From the NCBI RefSeq assembly GCF_020745735.1, contig NC_083412.1, positions 58,680,320 through 58,744,319 on the forward strand: 64,000 nucleotides of DNA. Reading direction: 5' to 3'. Numbering within the stretch: position 1 is the first letter of the stretch; every line of letters begins with the position of its first letter. The position numbers and the translations under genes were made by a program. This document shows positions 1 to 13,420 of this stretch, in pieces. This stretch comes from Hemiscyllium ocellatum. Its lineage: Eukaryota. The notes beneath the pieces are model-generated. The model saw only the letters and a list, made by a program, of their open reading frames with translations. It was not told the origin of the DNA and searched no databases.

Positions 1-230
1 ATGATTGAGCTCCAGCAATCATAACCATGTGCTTGGTATGACTCCAATGAGTGGAGCATTTGATCCCATTGATTCCAGCTTTGCCATTGTTGCTTGATGC
101 CAAATTCTGGCAAATGTGGCATAGACATCAGGGGCTAGAATTTTCCCCTCCCCTCATGTGCCTAGCTTTGTTCCTAAAATTAAGCTGAGTATCTCCTGTA
201 GGACTCAGACAGAAATCTTGAAATGTGTCC
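1..230 (-). mobile_element. Old CR1/L2-superfamily LINE fragment (non-HER1 family also seen at 1935, 22385, 58480, 63040)
   Basis: Degenerate match to the reverse complement of the LINE family whose RT (FTDDC motif) is visible at 63040-63570. Confidence 0.5.
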
Positions 231-249
231 AGGATAGTTTTCTAAGCCA

Positions 250-352
250 TAGTCAGTCATAGATCTGTACAGCATGGAAACAGACCCTCCTGTCTAACTT
301 GTCCATGGCAACCAGATATCCTAAATTAATCTAGTCCTATTTGCCAGCACTC
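250..352 (-). mobile_element. HER1/CR1 LINE 3' end
   Basis: gtcatagatctgtacagcatggaaacagaccc tail, shared with 23975, 25524, 38604, 43070, 48410. Confidence 0.8.
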
Positions 353-599
353 TACCTCCGGTATTAACTTGGAGAGACACAGGTTGGGGTGCAGAGGAAT
401 TGAAATCCCCTTTATATTATTACTCCTCCTATTAGCTTTACACTTTGATTATTGCCTACAGGTGTCTTTCTATCTTTCCAGAGTGTGTGTGTGTGTGGGT
501 CCTTTTTTTAATTTTTGTTTTAAAAGATTTAAAGTTCTACCTATTTGGCGGCATTTTGAGGATTCATCCCTCCTTTTACTGGAGTAATTGATTATTCTT

Positions 600-1560
600 T
601 GATTAATACTGTGACCCCCAACTCATCTTCCACCCTGCCCATGCCCACTGACTGAGTTGCCAGTCCTATCTCTCCCTCAACCATGTCTCTGTGATAACAA
701 TGAAATCCTATCCTCATAGGCTAATCAATTCTGAACTCATCTGCCTTACTTGCAAGACTGTTTGTTTGCATTAAAATAAATGCCATCAGTCTTGCTATTC
801 TCCCTTCTGCTTCAACTTGACTATGTTTAGATTGCTTTCGAGACTGACTTGGTCATTCACCCATTCTTGTCTGTGCATGATAACCCATTGCACCTCCACT
901 CTGTATCCACCATCCACTCATCTGCTAAATTGATTTAGACTCCACCAGCCACACTAACTTTCCCACAAGGATCTTGGTCCCATTCTGGTTTGTGTACAAA
1001 CTGTCAGACCTGTACAGGACCACTTTCCCCAGAAATGAATCCAGTGATCCCGGAATCTAAAACCCTGCCTTTTGCTGCAACTCTTCAAGTATGCGTTCGT
1101 CTGTTATAACCGCCTATTCCTCTCCTGATGAGCAGGTGGCACTGGGAGTAATTCAGATTACTTTTGAGGTACTGTTTTTTAATCTGCTACCAACCTCCCT
1201 AAATTCTTGTTGTGACAACCCATCCCTTATATTGTTGGTCCCAATATGAACCACAATCTGACTTTTCACCCACCCTGTTCAGAATGCCCTGCAGCTGCTT
1301 AGTGACATACCTGATCCTGTCTCTAGGAAAGCAACATACCCTTCACTATTAAATCTCCTCCATAGGTTTTCTCCCTCTGTTTTCTACTCCCGAAGTCTCC
1401 AGAGGAGTCATCACATTCATGTTCCAAAGCACCAAAATCTGTTCTGGAGCTTTCCTGACTATCTACCTGCCAGGCTTATTCTTACTGGTCACCCATTCCT
1501 TCTGACTGCATTTACTTTTAAGGTGGAGGGTGATTGCACCAATATCTAGATGCAAAATGC
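600..1560 (-). mobile_element. Degenerate CR1 LINE, ORF1/endonuclease region
   Basis: CR1-like motifs (aaccatgtctctgtgataacaatgaaatc; gcattaaaataaatgcc); resembles 37500-38600. Confidence 0.5.
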
Positions 1561-1934
1561 ACCGTGAAGTTACAAACATTGATATAAACATCTATCCTTC
1601 ATTCCTCACAAACGTATTATAATTGGGGTATGTGCAAAGTATGAAAGAACTGAACTCAATGGGTGAATTAGTCAGGCGTCTTGTTGATGTTAAATTAGTC
1701 AAATATTGCAAAACGATTGCAGATTCTAGCTCCCTCACTTTTATCTATTTATTTGTTACTAAACTCCTCTTTGAAGTGACTCCTGCTTAATTCATAGACA
1801 TTAATTTCAGTTCCTCATGAAGGGCAGAGTTCATGCTTAGTCAGATTCTCCTGGTTTAATGCCATCTGCTCCAGTTTTTAATGTAGGGGCATGAACAAAG
1901 CTTAATTGTGGTATAGACCATTGCCATTTCATGA

Positions 1935-2520
1935 AGGGTGCAGCTGATCATATCTGAAAGTTATTTTGAGAAGTCCGATGTGATTTATTTTGGCGGGTTT
2001 TTGGTCATTCATGACATTGAGAAGGGACTTCCAGGATTTGACCCAGCAATACTGAAGGAGCTGTGATATATACTCCCAAGTCAAGACAGTGAGTAACTTA
2101 GTGGGAACTTGTAGCTTGTGGTGTTCCCATGTATTTGCTACGTTTGTCCTTCTAAATGGAAGTGGTTGTGGGTTTGGAAGGTACTGTCGGAGACTTGATA
2201 AATTTCTGAGGTGCCATTTGTAGATGGCACACACTGCCCTTGAGTGGTGTGGAGAAAGGAGATCTTTGGGGCATGGTGCCAATCGAGCAGGATGCTTTGT
2301 CTTAGATGCTTTCAGTTGTCTTGTGTGCAGCTCCAACAACACTCATCTGTACAGTGGAGTACTCCTCCACAACCCTAACTTGGCCTTGAGGTGACTTTAC
2401 TATAAAGCTCAGAAATGGAAGATTATTTAATTGCTGTATGAGCTGAACCATATATAATGGGAATAATTTATAAACTTGCCTTGTCTGATCGCGCTCTTGC
2501 GCTCGCAGGCTGAGTTTCCA
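1935..2520 (-). mobile_element. CR1/L2-superfamily LINE 3' region
   Basis: Similar to 22480-23200 (gggaacttg..gtggtgttcccatgtat..gtccttcta) and antisense to 58480-58760. Confidence 0.65.
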
Positions 2521-3119
2521 CATAGTTTATGACTCCTGATTTGGTTTGTATTTGCTGTGACACTTACGTCCTGTAGTATTTGCCCATTTGAATTTCCCAT
2601 GTGTAATGTGACTGCTACTTTTTTTCCCCCTCTGAATATACCTTAAATCCAACTGAGAGAAATCCTCAGAAGAAATTGACATGCCCACTTCACACAAGCT
2701 GTACATGTTAGCTTCAAAAGATATGTTGCAGTTAATATCAGTATAATTTTAAGAAACATGCTGCTTATATTATCAATTAACTTTGACAGTATAAAGATCT
2801 AAGGTTCCTCAAATACGACATTGATAAAATTGTAACCAGACAACTTAATGTGAGCCCAGACATAGATGTGCTTGTGAAAGTAGTATTTGTACATTTCAGT
2901 GAGTTCAGCAAACGTCAGTTAGATCTTTTTGATCTCTTTTTTTTTACCCAGTTCCTAGTTTATTACCTTTTAGGCATTTGGATAGCAGATAGAGAGCCTG
3001 CTTGGAGGCATATCCTAAAGTATCTCTATATTGTCAGGACTGGCCTGAACCCCTGTTTGTGCCTGGAAAAGCTTATTCCCTAAAGACGTTATTGATCCAA
3101 ACTTTAGAAGTATTGTAAA

Positions 3120-3700
3120 CTGTGTGAGGCCAGTTCAGAATTTCACAAAATGGTCAAGTTGCAGTGAACAGATGAAGTTCAATGTGGAAATATTTTGGCA
3201 CAAAGAACCTGGAGAGATTGTACAGCATAAAGTGAGTGATATTTTTAAGTGAGAAGCAGGAATACAGAGACCTAATGTGTGTATTTTAAATAAGTCATTA
3301 TATGTGGCAGAAATTGTAGAGAGATGTTAAAACATCTAATATTTTAGACTTCATTAATAGAGGCATAAACTATAAAAGCAGCAAAGTTATGCTGAACTTA
3401 AGACACTGGTTTGACCTTAGCTGGAGTATGAAGTATATTTCTGGCTGCCACACAGGAAGGATGGGAATGCTTTGGATTGAGAATGGTCCCACGGATCAGA
3501 ACCTTCTGTTATGAAGGGAAAGTTGAAGGAGTGGAGTGTTTTCCTTTTTAGCGGAGGAGGCTTAGGGGAGATTTAGTTAACATTTGTAAAATTGAGAGGT
3601 CTGGGCAGAGTCAATTATGGTGAAACTGTTCCTGCTTGTAAAAGGATCTGGTTTCATCAGACAGATTGTGTGTTGCTGTAGAAGCAAATGCAAGTTCAGA
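3120..3700 (+). mobile_element. Old CR1 LINE RT C-terminal fragment
   Basis: cagatgaagttcaatgtgg, ctggagtat..ttctgg..ccaca CR1 signatures, heavily mutated. Confidence 0.65.
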
Positions 3701-3727
3701 ACCAATTTGCCCATACAGTAATTAATG

Positions 3728-3862
3728 AGTCCTGGTGAAGGATCCTGCCCAAAACGTTGACTCTCCTCCTCCTCCTCCTCTTGATGCTGCTTGACCTGCT
3801 GTGCTTTTTCCAGCTCCATGTTTTCTCAACTCTTGCCTTTTTAGCTTTTGCAGACCTCACTG
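3728..3862 (+). mobile_element. Old Penelope-like terminal repeat remnant
   Basis: Decayed hammerhead (ctggtgaagg..cccaaaacgttga) then gatgctgcttgacctgctgtgctttttccagc..gcagacctcact. Confidence 0.7.
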
Positions 3863-5354
3863 TATCACACAGTGAATTGATTGTGTTTGGAATGCCCTGC
3901 GTGGAAATGTGATGGAATGCCTCAACTGAGGCATTCAAAGCAGCATTGTCATTTGTTAAAATCCTCCAATGTGCAGAATGATAAAGAAAAACCAACACTT
4001 TAGCACCAAGTCAAATGCTCAAAACAGCTGATGCAGACATGTTGGGTTAATTAGCTGCTTTCTGCACAGTAACTATTCTGTGGCTTTGTGATTAAAATTT
4101 TTTACCTGTTCTGGGAAAACAAATTGTTCCATAACTTGCTAAGTGATAATGGATGCTAACAGAGTTTGTTAATTATGTGACAGTAATACCCAACTTCAAC
4201 TAAAGAAAATGAGCCGGTGTATGTGGCAATTCAAAACTTGTCCAAAATGTTGGTCTCTGCTCTCTGATTTGTTTTGCTGTCTGTCTGCTTTGCAGTTCAA
4301 ATATATCAAATAGTTTGAAGTTGCTTCATTAGTGTTGGATATCTACTAAATTCACCAGAGAAAGTTAAGTCTAACTGGTTGAAAATATTCTTTTAATGAT
4401 GTGTGAGCCTTAAACACTGCCAGTCGATTTTAGCACAGAAATGAAATAATAACAGGTCTCATTCCTTTAAATTTAATTTTTTGAATACTTTTGAAAATAT
4501 CACATTTTAAGTTTGGATTGAGAGAAAATAAAACAATTTCTGTCCCTTTCTGCTGTGGTTTATTTGACTTTGAATTCACCCACTCTAATTTCATTTCCTT
4601 CTCTGTTTTTGTACTGCTAATTTCACCAATTGTTCAGTCTGATTAAGGAGATGCAAATAAACACTGTCTCCAGGTGCCCAGTTTCCTTGATGCGATATTG
4701 AGCTTGTTTCTTAAATCAATTTGCACAAAGGAATGTGGCAATTAAAGGCTGACAAATAGCAGACATTGAAATACACACTCAAATTGTGGCTGTCTGTATC
4801 GTTGCTTTAGAATGATTCTATAGTGTCATTATTCATGTGTAAGCCCTGATCTAGACATGTATGTCATGTAAATGAACATTTGAGGTCAAACATTAGTAAG
4901 ATGTCTGTCTTAATACAGTTGCTCATGTCTGGATTCCCGAATAACAACATTTAATAGCTGATGTATTAGTCAATGGCGTCATTTATGGCCTGAGGTTTGC
5001 ATGGAGAAATAGATGGCTCAAAATTTAAAACATTGGTCACAATGGAAAGAGATGTGATTTCATCAGTCATTTTTAAGGAAATCAGTAGAGCTAGCAAGTG
5101 CTACTCTTTAAAATACACTTCTCATCTGACTTTTAAGAGCTAATTATCTCCTTTTTCACCATGTATGATCAATTTAACTAAAGCAATCATAATTCAATCA
5201 GTTGAAACCATAGATTAGTAAGATATGTTTATGTTTGTTTGTAAATGCTTATTGACTTTGTTTGTAATGATGTGGGGATTTCTCCTCTGGCTTGATGTTT
5301 TCTGTCTACATTGAGAGGTTTTCACGTTTGGGTACTTTTCTTTTCTTCTTGCAG

Positions 5355-5720
5355 GACTGATTTCAGGACGGGTTGTGAAAGTCCCATCGGGCCCTCTGTA
5401 CCGTATTGTTGGAACTCCAGTCAGCATTCCCTGTAACGTCAGTGATTATCAAGGGCCTGCTGAACAGAACTTTGACTGGTCTGTGACCCATGCAAACAAG
5501 CACTTTAGGATTGTCAGCACGTTGGAACCTGAATTTTCAGATGCTGAATACAAGGAGAAAATCCAGAAGAAGGAAGTTTGGGTGGAGAGAATTAATGGCT
5601 ACTCTGTTGAGCTGCACTTCAAAAGCGTTAAATTTGAGGATGATGGGAGATATCAGTGCCAGACGCCTAGCACAGATGAAAATAGTTCTGGAAATTATGA
5701 TGACAGTGTGTTCTTGCAGG
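5355..5720 (+). CDS. PTGFRN: PTGFRN exon 2 (numbering by analogy to human): end of signal peptide + Ig V domain 1
   Basis: ttcttgcag acceptor, G|gtaggt donor, phase 1/1; GLISGRVVKVPSGPLYRIVGTPVSIPCNVSDYQGPAEQNFDWS..CQTPSTD..GNY matches the PTGFRN N-terminus. Confidence 0.97.
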
Positions 5721-7465
5721 GTAGGTTTTACAAAGGATGTATTAACTGCTATTTTAATCAATTTCCGGTAGATGGGTGGGTTACAAGTTGGTTGCATTTG
5801 TATTTACTCACTTTATTAACTTGAGGCAAAATTAATTTTTTTTTCACGTGTTTTTTTTTCTTTCTGTACCCCTTAAATTTTCTGCTGGATAATGGGTTAT
5901 AATTCTGGCAGCTGACTGCTAATTCCACCAAGTACCAAGTCTTAACCAAAAGCAAGAGTAGGTTGTTCAGCTATGGGAGTATTGTTTATTATTATTCCAG
6001 TTTATTCAGAACATAGCTTTTTGTTTGTACATGTGCAAATGCATATTGCCTTTTTGGCTGTTCCTGGTTACTGATCAGAAAAAGGAAATCCTTGGCCTCT
6101 ATTCTTTCCCCCTCCACCTTAACCCCTCAAGAAGGGTTCCATTGCTAACTGTTATACTTAAGTTGACTCCCTCTTGAAAGTATCTGTAAATGTTGTGATT
6201 TTACATTTTGTCTCCAGACCTGCACAAATTTATGGGTTGCCTTAGCATACTGGCCTATGTTCAATCAATTGCAGAGTAGCAAATATGTTGAGATTTAATT
6301 CTGGACAGTATTATTGGTGTCCTTTTAATCGAAAAAGCAATTAGTGGAAGCTGCAAAGAATCCAATAACAAGAGAGTTCAAATGCAGATTTTGTGGTTTT
6401 TTGGGTAGTGATAGGGACTTGACCAATGTTGTCCAGGGAAATTAACTCTTTCTTTTCAATAGTCTGGACAGGGGAGAGTAGTTGATGTTTTATGTTGTCC
6501 CATTTTAAAGAATGATTTGATAGAAAGGAGAGCCTCCTTCAGGAAGTATTGGTTGAGTTGGGGGTTTTATGTTATAATGAGATGAATCATTAAGTATTTC
6601 TGTCTTGTAATGTTGTTTCACAGTTACTCACACTGTGCTTTGTTGTTACTTGTCAGTTTGAAAATGCTAAACAATTCTTCTGATATACTTGTAAAGATCT
6701 TGGGAAGCTGCCAGTTCCCATAATGAGTTTCACTGTAGAATGATTCTTTGTAAATGAGTTCAGAAACATAAAGTCAGTGAAGTTTGAAAGTGTTCATAGA
6801 GTCTTGGTGTTCCAGTCTCTGCATTGCAGGGTACAAATTACAAAAATCGAGATAGTGTTCAGCTTGCATGGATCTTTGGTTTGGCTTCAAGTCGAATATT
6901 CTGGTCTGTTTTTTTTTGGGTATCTTCTTTCAAGAAAAGAGGCTTGACCAGAGAAAATAGAGGGTTTCGCTAGGATGACAGTGGCATTTTTCAGAGATAT
7001 TATAGGTGGGAAATGATTGGGAGAAATCAGAAAGACCAGTTTCAACTGCTAACCAGTTGGTTACGAGAGTGTAAATTTAGAGAGCACTGTCAAAAAATAA
7101 ACTTATAAAAATTTCTTAAGTTGATGAAACTGGAATGTTTTGTCATAAACGCAATGAAATCTAGCATATAATTGAATCATTGCAAAGAGTATTGCTTCAA
7201 AGTGTTCTATCTATCACTTCATTAAAGATCAAATGATAAAGAAATTCCATTTTCCTTTACTGCAACATTCATATTATGCTAAGCCAACAAATTTCCCAAC
7301 TACTGGCGTCGGGAGGGGGGAAAGAGAACTGAAACTAGTGTTGAAATAAGGCATTGTTATTGTAAGAGTTCAGGTGAAGCTCTTGACTCAACTTTGACTA
7401 TTCTTTTCAAGTGTCCTCTTAATCTGGTTTTGTTACTAAATCCTGATGCATTCTTCTTCAAACAG

Positions 7466-7888
7466 TGATCCCAGATGGGCTGAGTGTATCACCTAGAAAG
7501 TCCCGAAGCACAGTGCCTGTAACTTACTTAGAAGGGAAACCACTGGAACTTCAGTGTGTCGCAAGGACAACTTCATCTGTTTCCACTCACCTCTCTGTCA
7601 CGTGGCAGTTAAAAGCAAACAGCAATAAGAGTGAGAATCTTCTGTCATTCACTGAAGACAGTTGGATTCAGCCTGGTGATTTGTACAAGGAAAGGTATCA
7701 GAATGGAGATATTAGAATGGGATTGGAAACAAATGGTCTCTTCAAGTTAATCCTAACCAGTTTGCGACCTGAGGATGAGGGTGTTTACTCTTGCATGGCA
7801 GCAGAATGGGTCAAAGAAGATGGCTCCAACTGGAAACTGATTCAAGAAAAAACTACAGACATTGCAGTGATTGAAGTGCAGCAGTTGG
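7466..7888 (+). CDS. PTGFRN: PTGFRN exon 3: Ig V domain 2
   Basis: caaacag acceptor, G|gtatgt donor; VIPDGLSV..ELQC..HLSVTW..DEGVYSCMAAEW. Confidence 0.97.
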
Positions 7889-8182
7889 GTATGTTGTTCT
7901 CAAAGTAATCCCAAAATTTGGAATGGATTAAATCATCGTGCAAACATTATTGAATGATTTCCGCCCCCCTCTCCTTTCCTTGGGTTAAGGGTGGTTTGGA
8001 TGGAGTCATTAATGTTAGTGTGGTTTAAATTGTGTTCACATTGAATGTTTCATAAACATTGCCATTTAATTGATTCTTGTCTTTGGCAACTTCAAAAGTT
8101 AATTTTTACATTGAGTATAAAATTAAGCTAATGGGTTCCCTCCATGTTGACATGGCTTAAACTCTTATTCATCATCCCTAAT

Positions 8183-8475
8183 GGGGGAGGCAGTGGTGTC
8201 TTGGTAAACATCTTACTAGTCCAATGTTCTGGGGCCACACATTCAAATCCAATCCATGGCAGTTGGTTGAAATTTGAATTCGTTAATCTGGAATAACAAG
8301 TAGCTACCATGTAACCACTGTCAATTATTTTTTTTTTAAAAAGTCTAATTGGCTGTTGTCCTTCAGGAAGGAAAATCTGCCATCCTTGGCTGACTTGGTC
8401 TCCATGTGACTCCATACAGCTATGTGGTTAATTCTTAACTGCCCTCTGGGCAATGAGGGATGGGTAATACATGAT
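8183..8475 (+). mobile_element. DeuSINE (SacSINE1-like)
   Basis: Deu-domain-like core ggaaggaaaatctgccatcc..atgtgactcc..atgtggttaattcttaactgccctctg; paralogous to 12940 and 50205. Confidence 0.7.
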
Positions 8476-9239
8476 GTAATCTTTTTAAAAAGATCACCTG
8501 CATAATCCTTTACATCCAGTTGTAGGCAAAAGGAATAAAACATCCATGTGTAGGGTCAAAAACCAGTTTGGTTTTTTTTTGTGCATATATAGATAAAGTT
8601 TTTTTAAAAAAATTAGCAGAATGTAGTGTTATGTAGAAAGATGTTTAAAATGTAACATCGATTATAAAATTTTAAGCAGTTTTATACAGAGGCATGTTTA
8701 GGGAAGTGTAAGGGTCTTATAATCTTTGCATGGGATACTATCAGATATGACACAAGATAAATATGAATTCATTGACTTAGAGCTGTTTTAAAATTGTTGT
8801 TTAGAACTTGCAAGCGTTGGAAGGGGCATGATTCTTTTACTCTTTGCCTTGCATATATGAAACAACAAGATTGAAAGAACTAAATCGATGAGCAAGAAAA
8901 ATAGTTTTGGGGGTTGTTAAAATGGTAGAAAACACTACTGGAGTTGGAGAGGATAGCTTAAAAATTCCTCATTGGTTAGCAATTACCTTGCAGCAACTCT
9001 AGGTGGCGAAAGGAGCGAAGGGTGTGAGAACACGGGAAGCATGCAGAATCAAATGGTCATGTGAAGAGTGAGTACCATTACACAATGTAAACTAATGGTT
9101 TTGTTGGTTGCATAATTTGTTTTTTGACCCTAATAATTTGGGTCACCCAGCTCCATGGTCCATCTTTGGACAGTTGGCAAAGTTCCAACTTCAACCGTTA
9201 GGAGAATACTCCTTTCGAGAAGGCTTACTGAAGAGTATA

Positions 9240-9545
9240 TGGCGACAGTGGTTAGCACTGCTGCCTCTCAGTGGCAGGGATCTGGGTTCAGTTCCACCCT
9301 TGAGTAACTCTGTGTGGAGTTTGTACATTTTCCCCCCGTGTCTGCATGCTCCAGTTTTCTGATGCAGTCCAAAGATATGTAGGATGGATGACTGGTCAGT
9401 GTCCAGGGATGTGCAAGCTAGATGGATTAGCCATGGGAAATGTAAGGTTACAGGGATAGTGCTGAGGATGGGTCTGGGTGGGATGCTCTTTGGAGGATTG
9501 ATGTGAATGTGATGGGCTGAATGACTTGCTGCCCATGCAGTAGGG
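9240..9545 (+). mobile_element. Older HE1-like tRNA-derived V-SINE
   Basis: cagtggttagcactgctgcc head, tgtgtggagtttgtacatt V-domain; diverged from the young copies. Confidence 0.8.
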
Positions 9546-9597
9546 ATCCTGTTGTTTTTTATGATTTAAATAATACAATGTTGCTTGTTTATTACAG

Positions 9598-9984
9598 CCC
9601 AGACACTAAATGTCTCTGCGATCGGCCAGAAACTCACCTTGAATAAAGGTGATGAAATTGATCTCATCTGCAACGTAACAGGAGTTGAAGACACACTGAC
9701 AGTTGAAGTTTTCTGGTATTTCAGCACATCTGCAGCAATGCATCCTCCAAGTGATAAGGTCCTAGTGAGCTTGAACCGGGCAGCAGTGGTGAGCGGTACT
9801 GATTTTGTCACATTGACCAAGATTAGTAGCAGTGAATACCGACTGAGAGTGCAACAAATTGATGAAACAGACAGTGGATATTACTACTGTACAGCCTCGG
9901 TCTGGGTGCCATATACCAGTGAGAGCTGGCACAAAGCAGCAGAGGGAACATCCCATCCAATTGGTGTCAATATTGATATTTTAG
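9598..9984 (+). CDS. PTGFRN: PTGFRN exon 4: Ig V domain 3
   Basis: attacag acceptor, G|gtaatt donor; LICNVT..VFWYF..DSGYYYCTASVW. Confidence 0.96.
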
Positions 9985-11429
9985 GTAATTTAATTCTTCA
10001 GTATTTTCAAGCGCTAGAGTACTTAATTAAAGCCCATACATATGAAATTAGAACATCCATAGAGAATGTCTTGTATTCTATTTCATCTGTTTACCTTGGC
10101 ACATATATTGCATGACACAGTATTAAAATAGACAATGTTCCATTTAAGCTTTTAATACAAGGTTGTCTTTGCTGGAACTGCAGGCAATGCACTTGCCACC
10201 CATGTAGTTATTGTCTCATGTCATTGCTAGTTAAGCCATAGGCACCTTCTGGAATCTAAGACCGTGTCTATTCATGACGTTAGCGAAGTTCTTAATAAGT
10301 GCAACACTTTTTTTATATAATATGGTTTTTCTAAGTTTTTCATGTCAATTCAAATCCCGGGATCATGAATTGCTTGCCAAACCCTCAATACTTGGCCACT
10401 CTGCTCGCTGGCTATCCTGTTTACCCATGCCTCCCTGTTCCCTTGTTTATCATTCCCCATAAGCAAAGAGTCTGCTGGCTGGTGACATGCTGACACTGGG
10501 AGTGGTGCAGCCAGTAAGGTTGTACCAAGGGGGTGGTGAGCAAAGTGATAAGTGATCAGCCACGCGCATGGAGGTCAGTGCTTACGGGCAAAATGGGTAC
10601 TGCCTCCAGTTCCATATGCCCATGGGTGTCCTTGGCACTGACTTCCTGTCTCAGTGCAGTAGCAGGAGAGATGGCATTTATGTACGGCTAACTCAAATTT
10701 ACTATTTTTTTTGTGACAAGTGATAGTTGTAAGTTAATTTTAAACCAGTATTGGGAAAACCATTGAGAAGTAAATGACCTTTTGAAAAGTGGCATCTCAA
10801 ACTAAAGGATGTGAGGATGGATGCGAGCCTAACCAATATAGAAAATGTTGATCTCTGACTATACCATTGAGTTCCTGACAGCATTGGAATGTTTGGAAAT
10901 TGGGTTTTATGTTTAGGTCAACTCTTGCCAGAAACATGAGGAGCAAGTATATACAATCGTGTCTGTGATTCTTGTTTTTAAAATCCCTGTTTTAATTGTG
11001 GGCCACAAAGAATGTGAATAATATTCCCGGGCCTTAGAAGAAAGCCAGTAGCCCTGTGCTCCTGTTTGAGATGGTGGATTAAATGTTTTCTTCTGTCGTC
11101 TCCACCTTCAACCATTCATAAACACCTTTGGCTATTTGCTGGGAGAGATTGAAGATCCCAGTAAAAGCCCACTTCTGCACTTGTCCAGCTTCTACCTGGT
11201 AGTGTTGCTGTGTTTAAGTAAAGCATTTTTATCCTCCATTTATTTAAATAAACCCTTGCAATCCATTTCCAGGTTGAGGCTTTTGAGACCTAAGCTGGCT
11301 TCAAGATAAAAATTTCCCTTCCAGGCTCGCTCATAAAATCTGTAAATAGAAGTACATTTTGCATTCTCAAATTTGCTTCATGTTTAATATGATTTGAGGC
11401 TGACTTTTGGCCCCAACTTTAATTTCTAC

Positions 11430-12600
11430 TCATTCCTAGGTTCCCGGAGAGTCCAAACATCTGTCCATCCTCATCTGAAATGTATTCAAAGATGGAACAT
11501 ATACATTCTTTAAGGCACGAAATTCCATAGATTTGCAATCCTTTTGAGTTAAGAAATTTATTCGCATCTCCAACCCAGATGTTCACTTCCATCTTGAGAC
11601 AGTACTCTTCCTCTATAGATTCCCCAACTACCAACTAGGAAATGACCTTTTTGTATCCATCCCCTTCAGCAGCTTGACTGTTTCAAAGAGATCACCATCA
11701 TTCTTCAAAATTCTCAAATGTAGGACCAATTTAACCTAGTCATAGGACATTCCTGTTATCCCAGGAACCAACAGTGAATACGTGCTGGGCTACCTCCAGT
11801 GTAGTCCTGTTGTGGATGTGGAGACCAAAACTGCATGCAGAAGTCTCCAAAGGCTTATACAATTATAAAACTTTACAAGCAAGGCTTTCTTGTTACAAGG
11901 CAACTATTGTAATAAAACAGAAGCCAGCAAGTTATTTGCTTATCTAATTACTTGCCGTATCTGAGTGCCAACTTTGTAATCTTTGCATAAATACACCAGA
12001 GTCCCTGTGAATATTATTTGCAAGTTCTGCTCTTTTAACAAGATCTTATTTTCTATTCCATCCCCATCAAAGGGAGCACTTGTTGCTCACTCATTTTGAA
12101 TCTAATTATTATCTCCTCTTCCTCTTTGTTTCTACCTTGCAGTCTAGCTTTGTATTGTCAGCAAACTTAGATTTTTTTTGCTGTCTGTTCTGCTAAATCA
12201 TCAATATAGAGTGGAAATATTTGAGGCCCTGGCACTGATCCTTGTGGCCTTATACTAGTCACAGTCTGCTGACTGGAAAACACTCCATTTTATTCCTAAT
12301 CATTGCCCATTTAACCAATGCATTACCTTAACTCTTCCTGGCGTTGTATTGAATGCCTTTTGGAAGCCCTGATTTTACTACATATACTGGTCCTCCTATT
12401 AGCAACCTTGCTAGTTGCATCCTGATAAATGTTCTAATAAATTGTGAAACATGATTTCTCTGTTTTAACAATGCACTTAAAAATCACCTTGGATTCCAGT
12501 AGGTTCCCTACAGTTTGAGAGTCTAAGTGATCTTTGGTTCTGGTTTTTTTTTTGCTCTTTCTCTACTTTGAGGACAGTTGCACTTGTACCACACTTTTGC
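11430..12600 (-). mobile_element. Old CR1 LINE fragment
   Basis: Antisense CR1 3' and RT motifs (gtcagcaaacttag, gaatgccttttggaag), degenerate. Confidence 0.65.
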
Positions 12601-12939
12601 CTGATCACTGCCAGTGTCTGACCATGCATTGGATCTCCAGGTTCAGGCAACATTTACATCTTGAAACTGCAGTTTCAGTGTGAATGTGTTACAATTGTTT
12701 TCTTGTGGCAGAGTTGTTTGCTCTTGGGTTAGTGTGGCCCATGTTGCACGTTTTTTTTTCCCTCCGTTACTTTTGAAATAACTGAAATTTTTCCCACAGT
12801 TCTTTTGCATCTTGATGGAACGTTTTGAAACTCTGGCATGCAAAGAGCTCCCTTTAACAATCTGCAAACAAGTCTGGAGATTCAGAGCTGGATATAAAAA
12901 TGCTGTTCTAAATGGAATGTGCTTCTAACACAGTTTTCA

Positions 12940-13290
12940 TACAACCTGTTTACTGTTGAAAATTAATCCAATGATCCAGATAATGTTCTGGGGGACCCAG
13001 ATTGGAATCCCACCACAGCAAATGGTGGAAATTGAGTTTAGTTGAAAAAGTACTGTAATTAAGAGTCCAATGATGGCCACGAATCCATTGTTGGAAAAAC
13101 CAGTTTGGTGAACCAGTGTCCTTTTTATTTAGGGAAGGAAACCACCATCCTTACTGTAGGTCTAGCCTACATGTGACTCCGGACCCACCGTAATGTGGTT
13201 GACTTTTAATCGTCTTCTGGAAAATTAAGGATCAGCAATAAATGCTGGCTTAGCCAGTGATGCCCACATCCCATGAATATATTTTTAAAA
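12940..13290 (+). mobile_element. DeuSINE (SacSINE1-like), near full length
   Basis: tRNA-like head, Deu core (tagggaaggaaac..ctacatgtgactcc..gtggttgac), LINE-derived tail gcaataaatgctggcttagccag. Confidence 0.75.
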
Positions 13291-13420
13291 ATATGACTGC
13301 AATTTGTCAACATTTTCAAATAGTTACCTATACAATCACTTTTATTAGTGGAATGAACTGTATCATTTGAACTTATTTGAAGTGTATAACTCTTAATCTA
13401 CATTTTAATTGTATCTGCAG

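Noticed and set aside
2457-2508. ATG-started MGIIYKLALSDRALALA+G (52 nt), similar in size to a PTGFRN signal exon
   Set aside because: Donor would be GCTGAG (not GT, poor GC-AG consensus), Asp/Arg sit in the h-region, and it lies at the edge of a LINE remnant; true exon 1 is more likely upstream of the window
9985-10127. Exon 4 read-through (43 extra aa) with ATTAAA 7 nt after the stop, suggesting a secreted 3-Ig isoform
   Set aside because: Such hexamers are expected by chance in this AT-rich DNA; a similar one follows exon 5; no independent support
10380-10700. GC-richer intronic block with GATA and ETS-like motifs
   Set aside because: Short motifs alone are not evidence; may be an unrecognised old repeat
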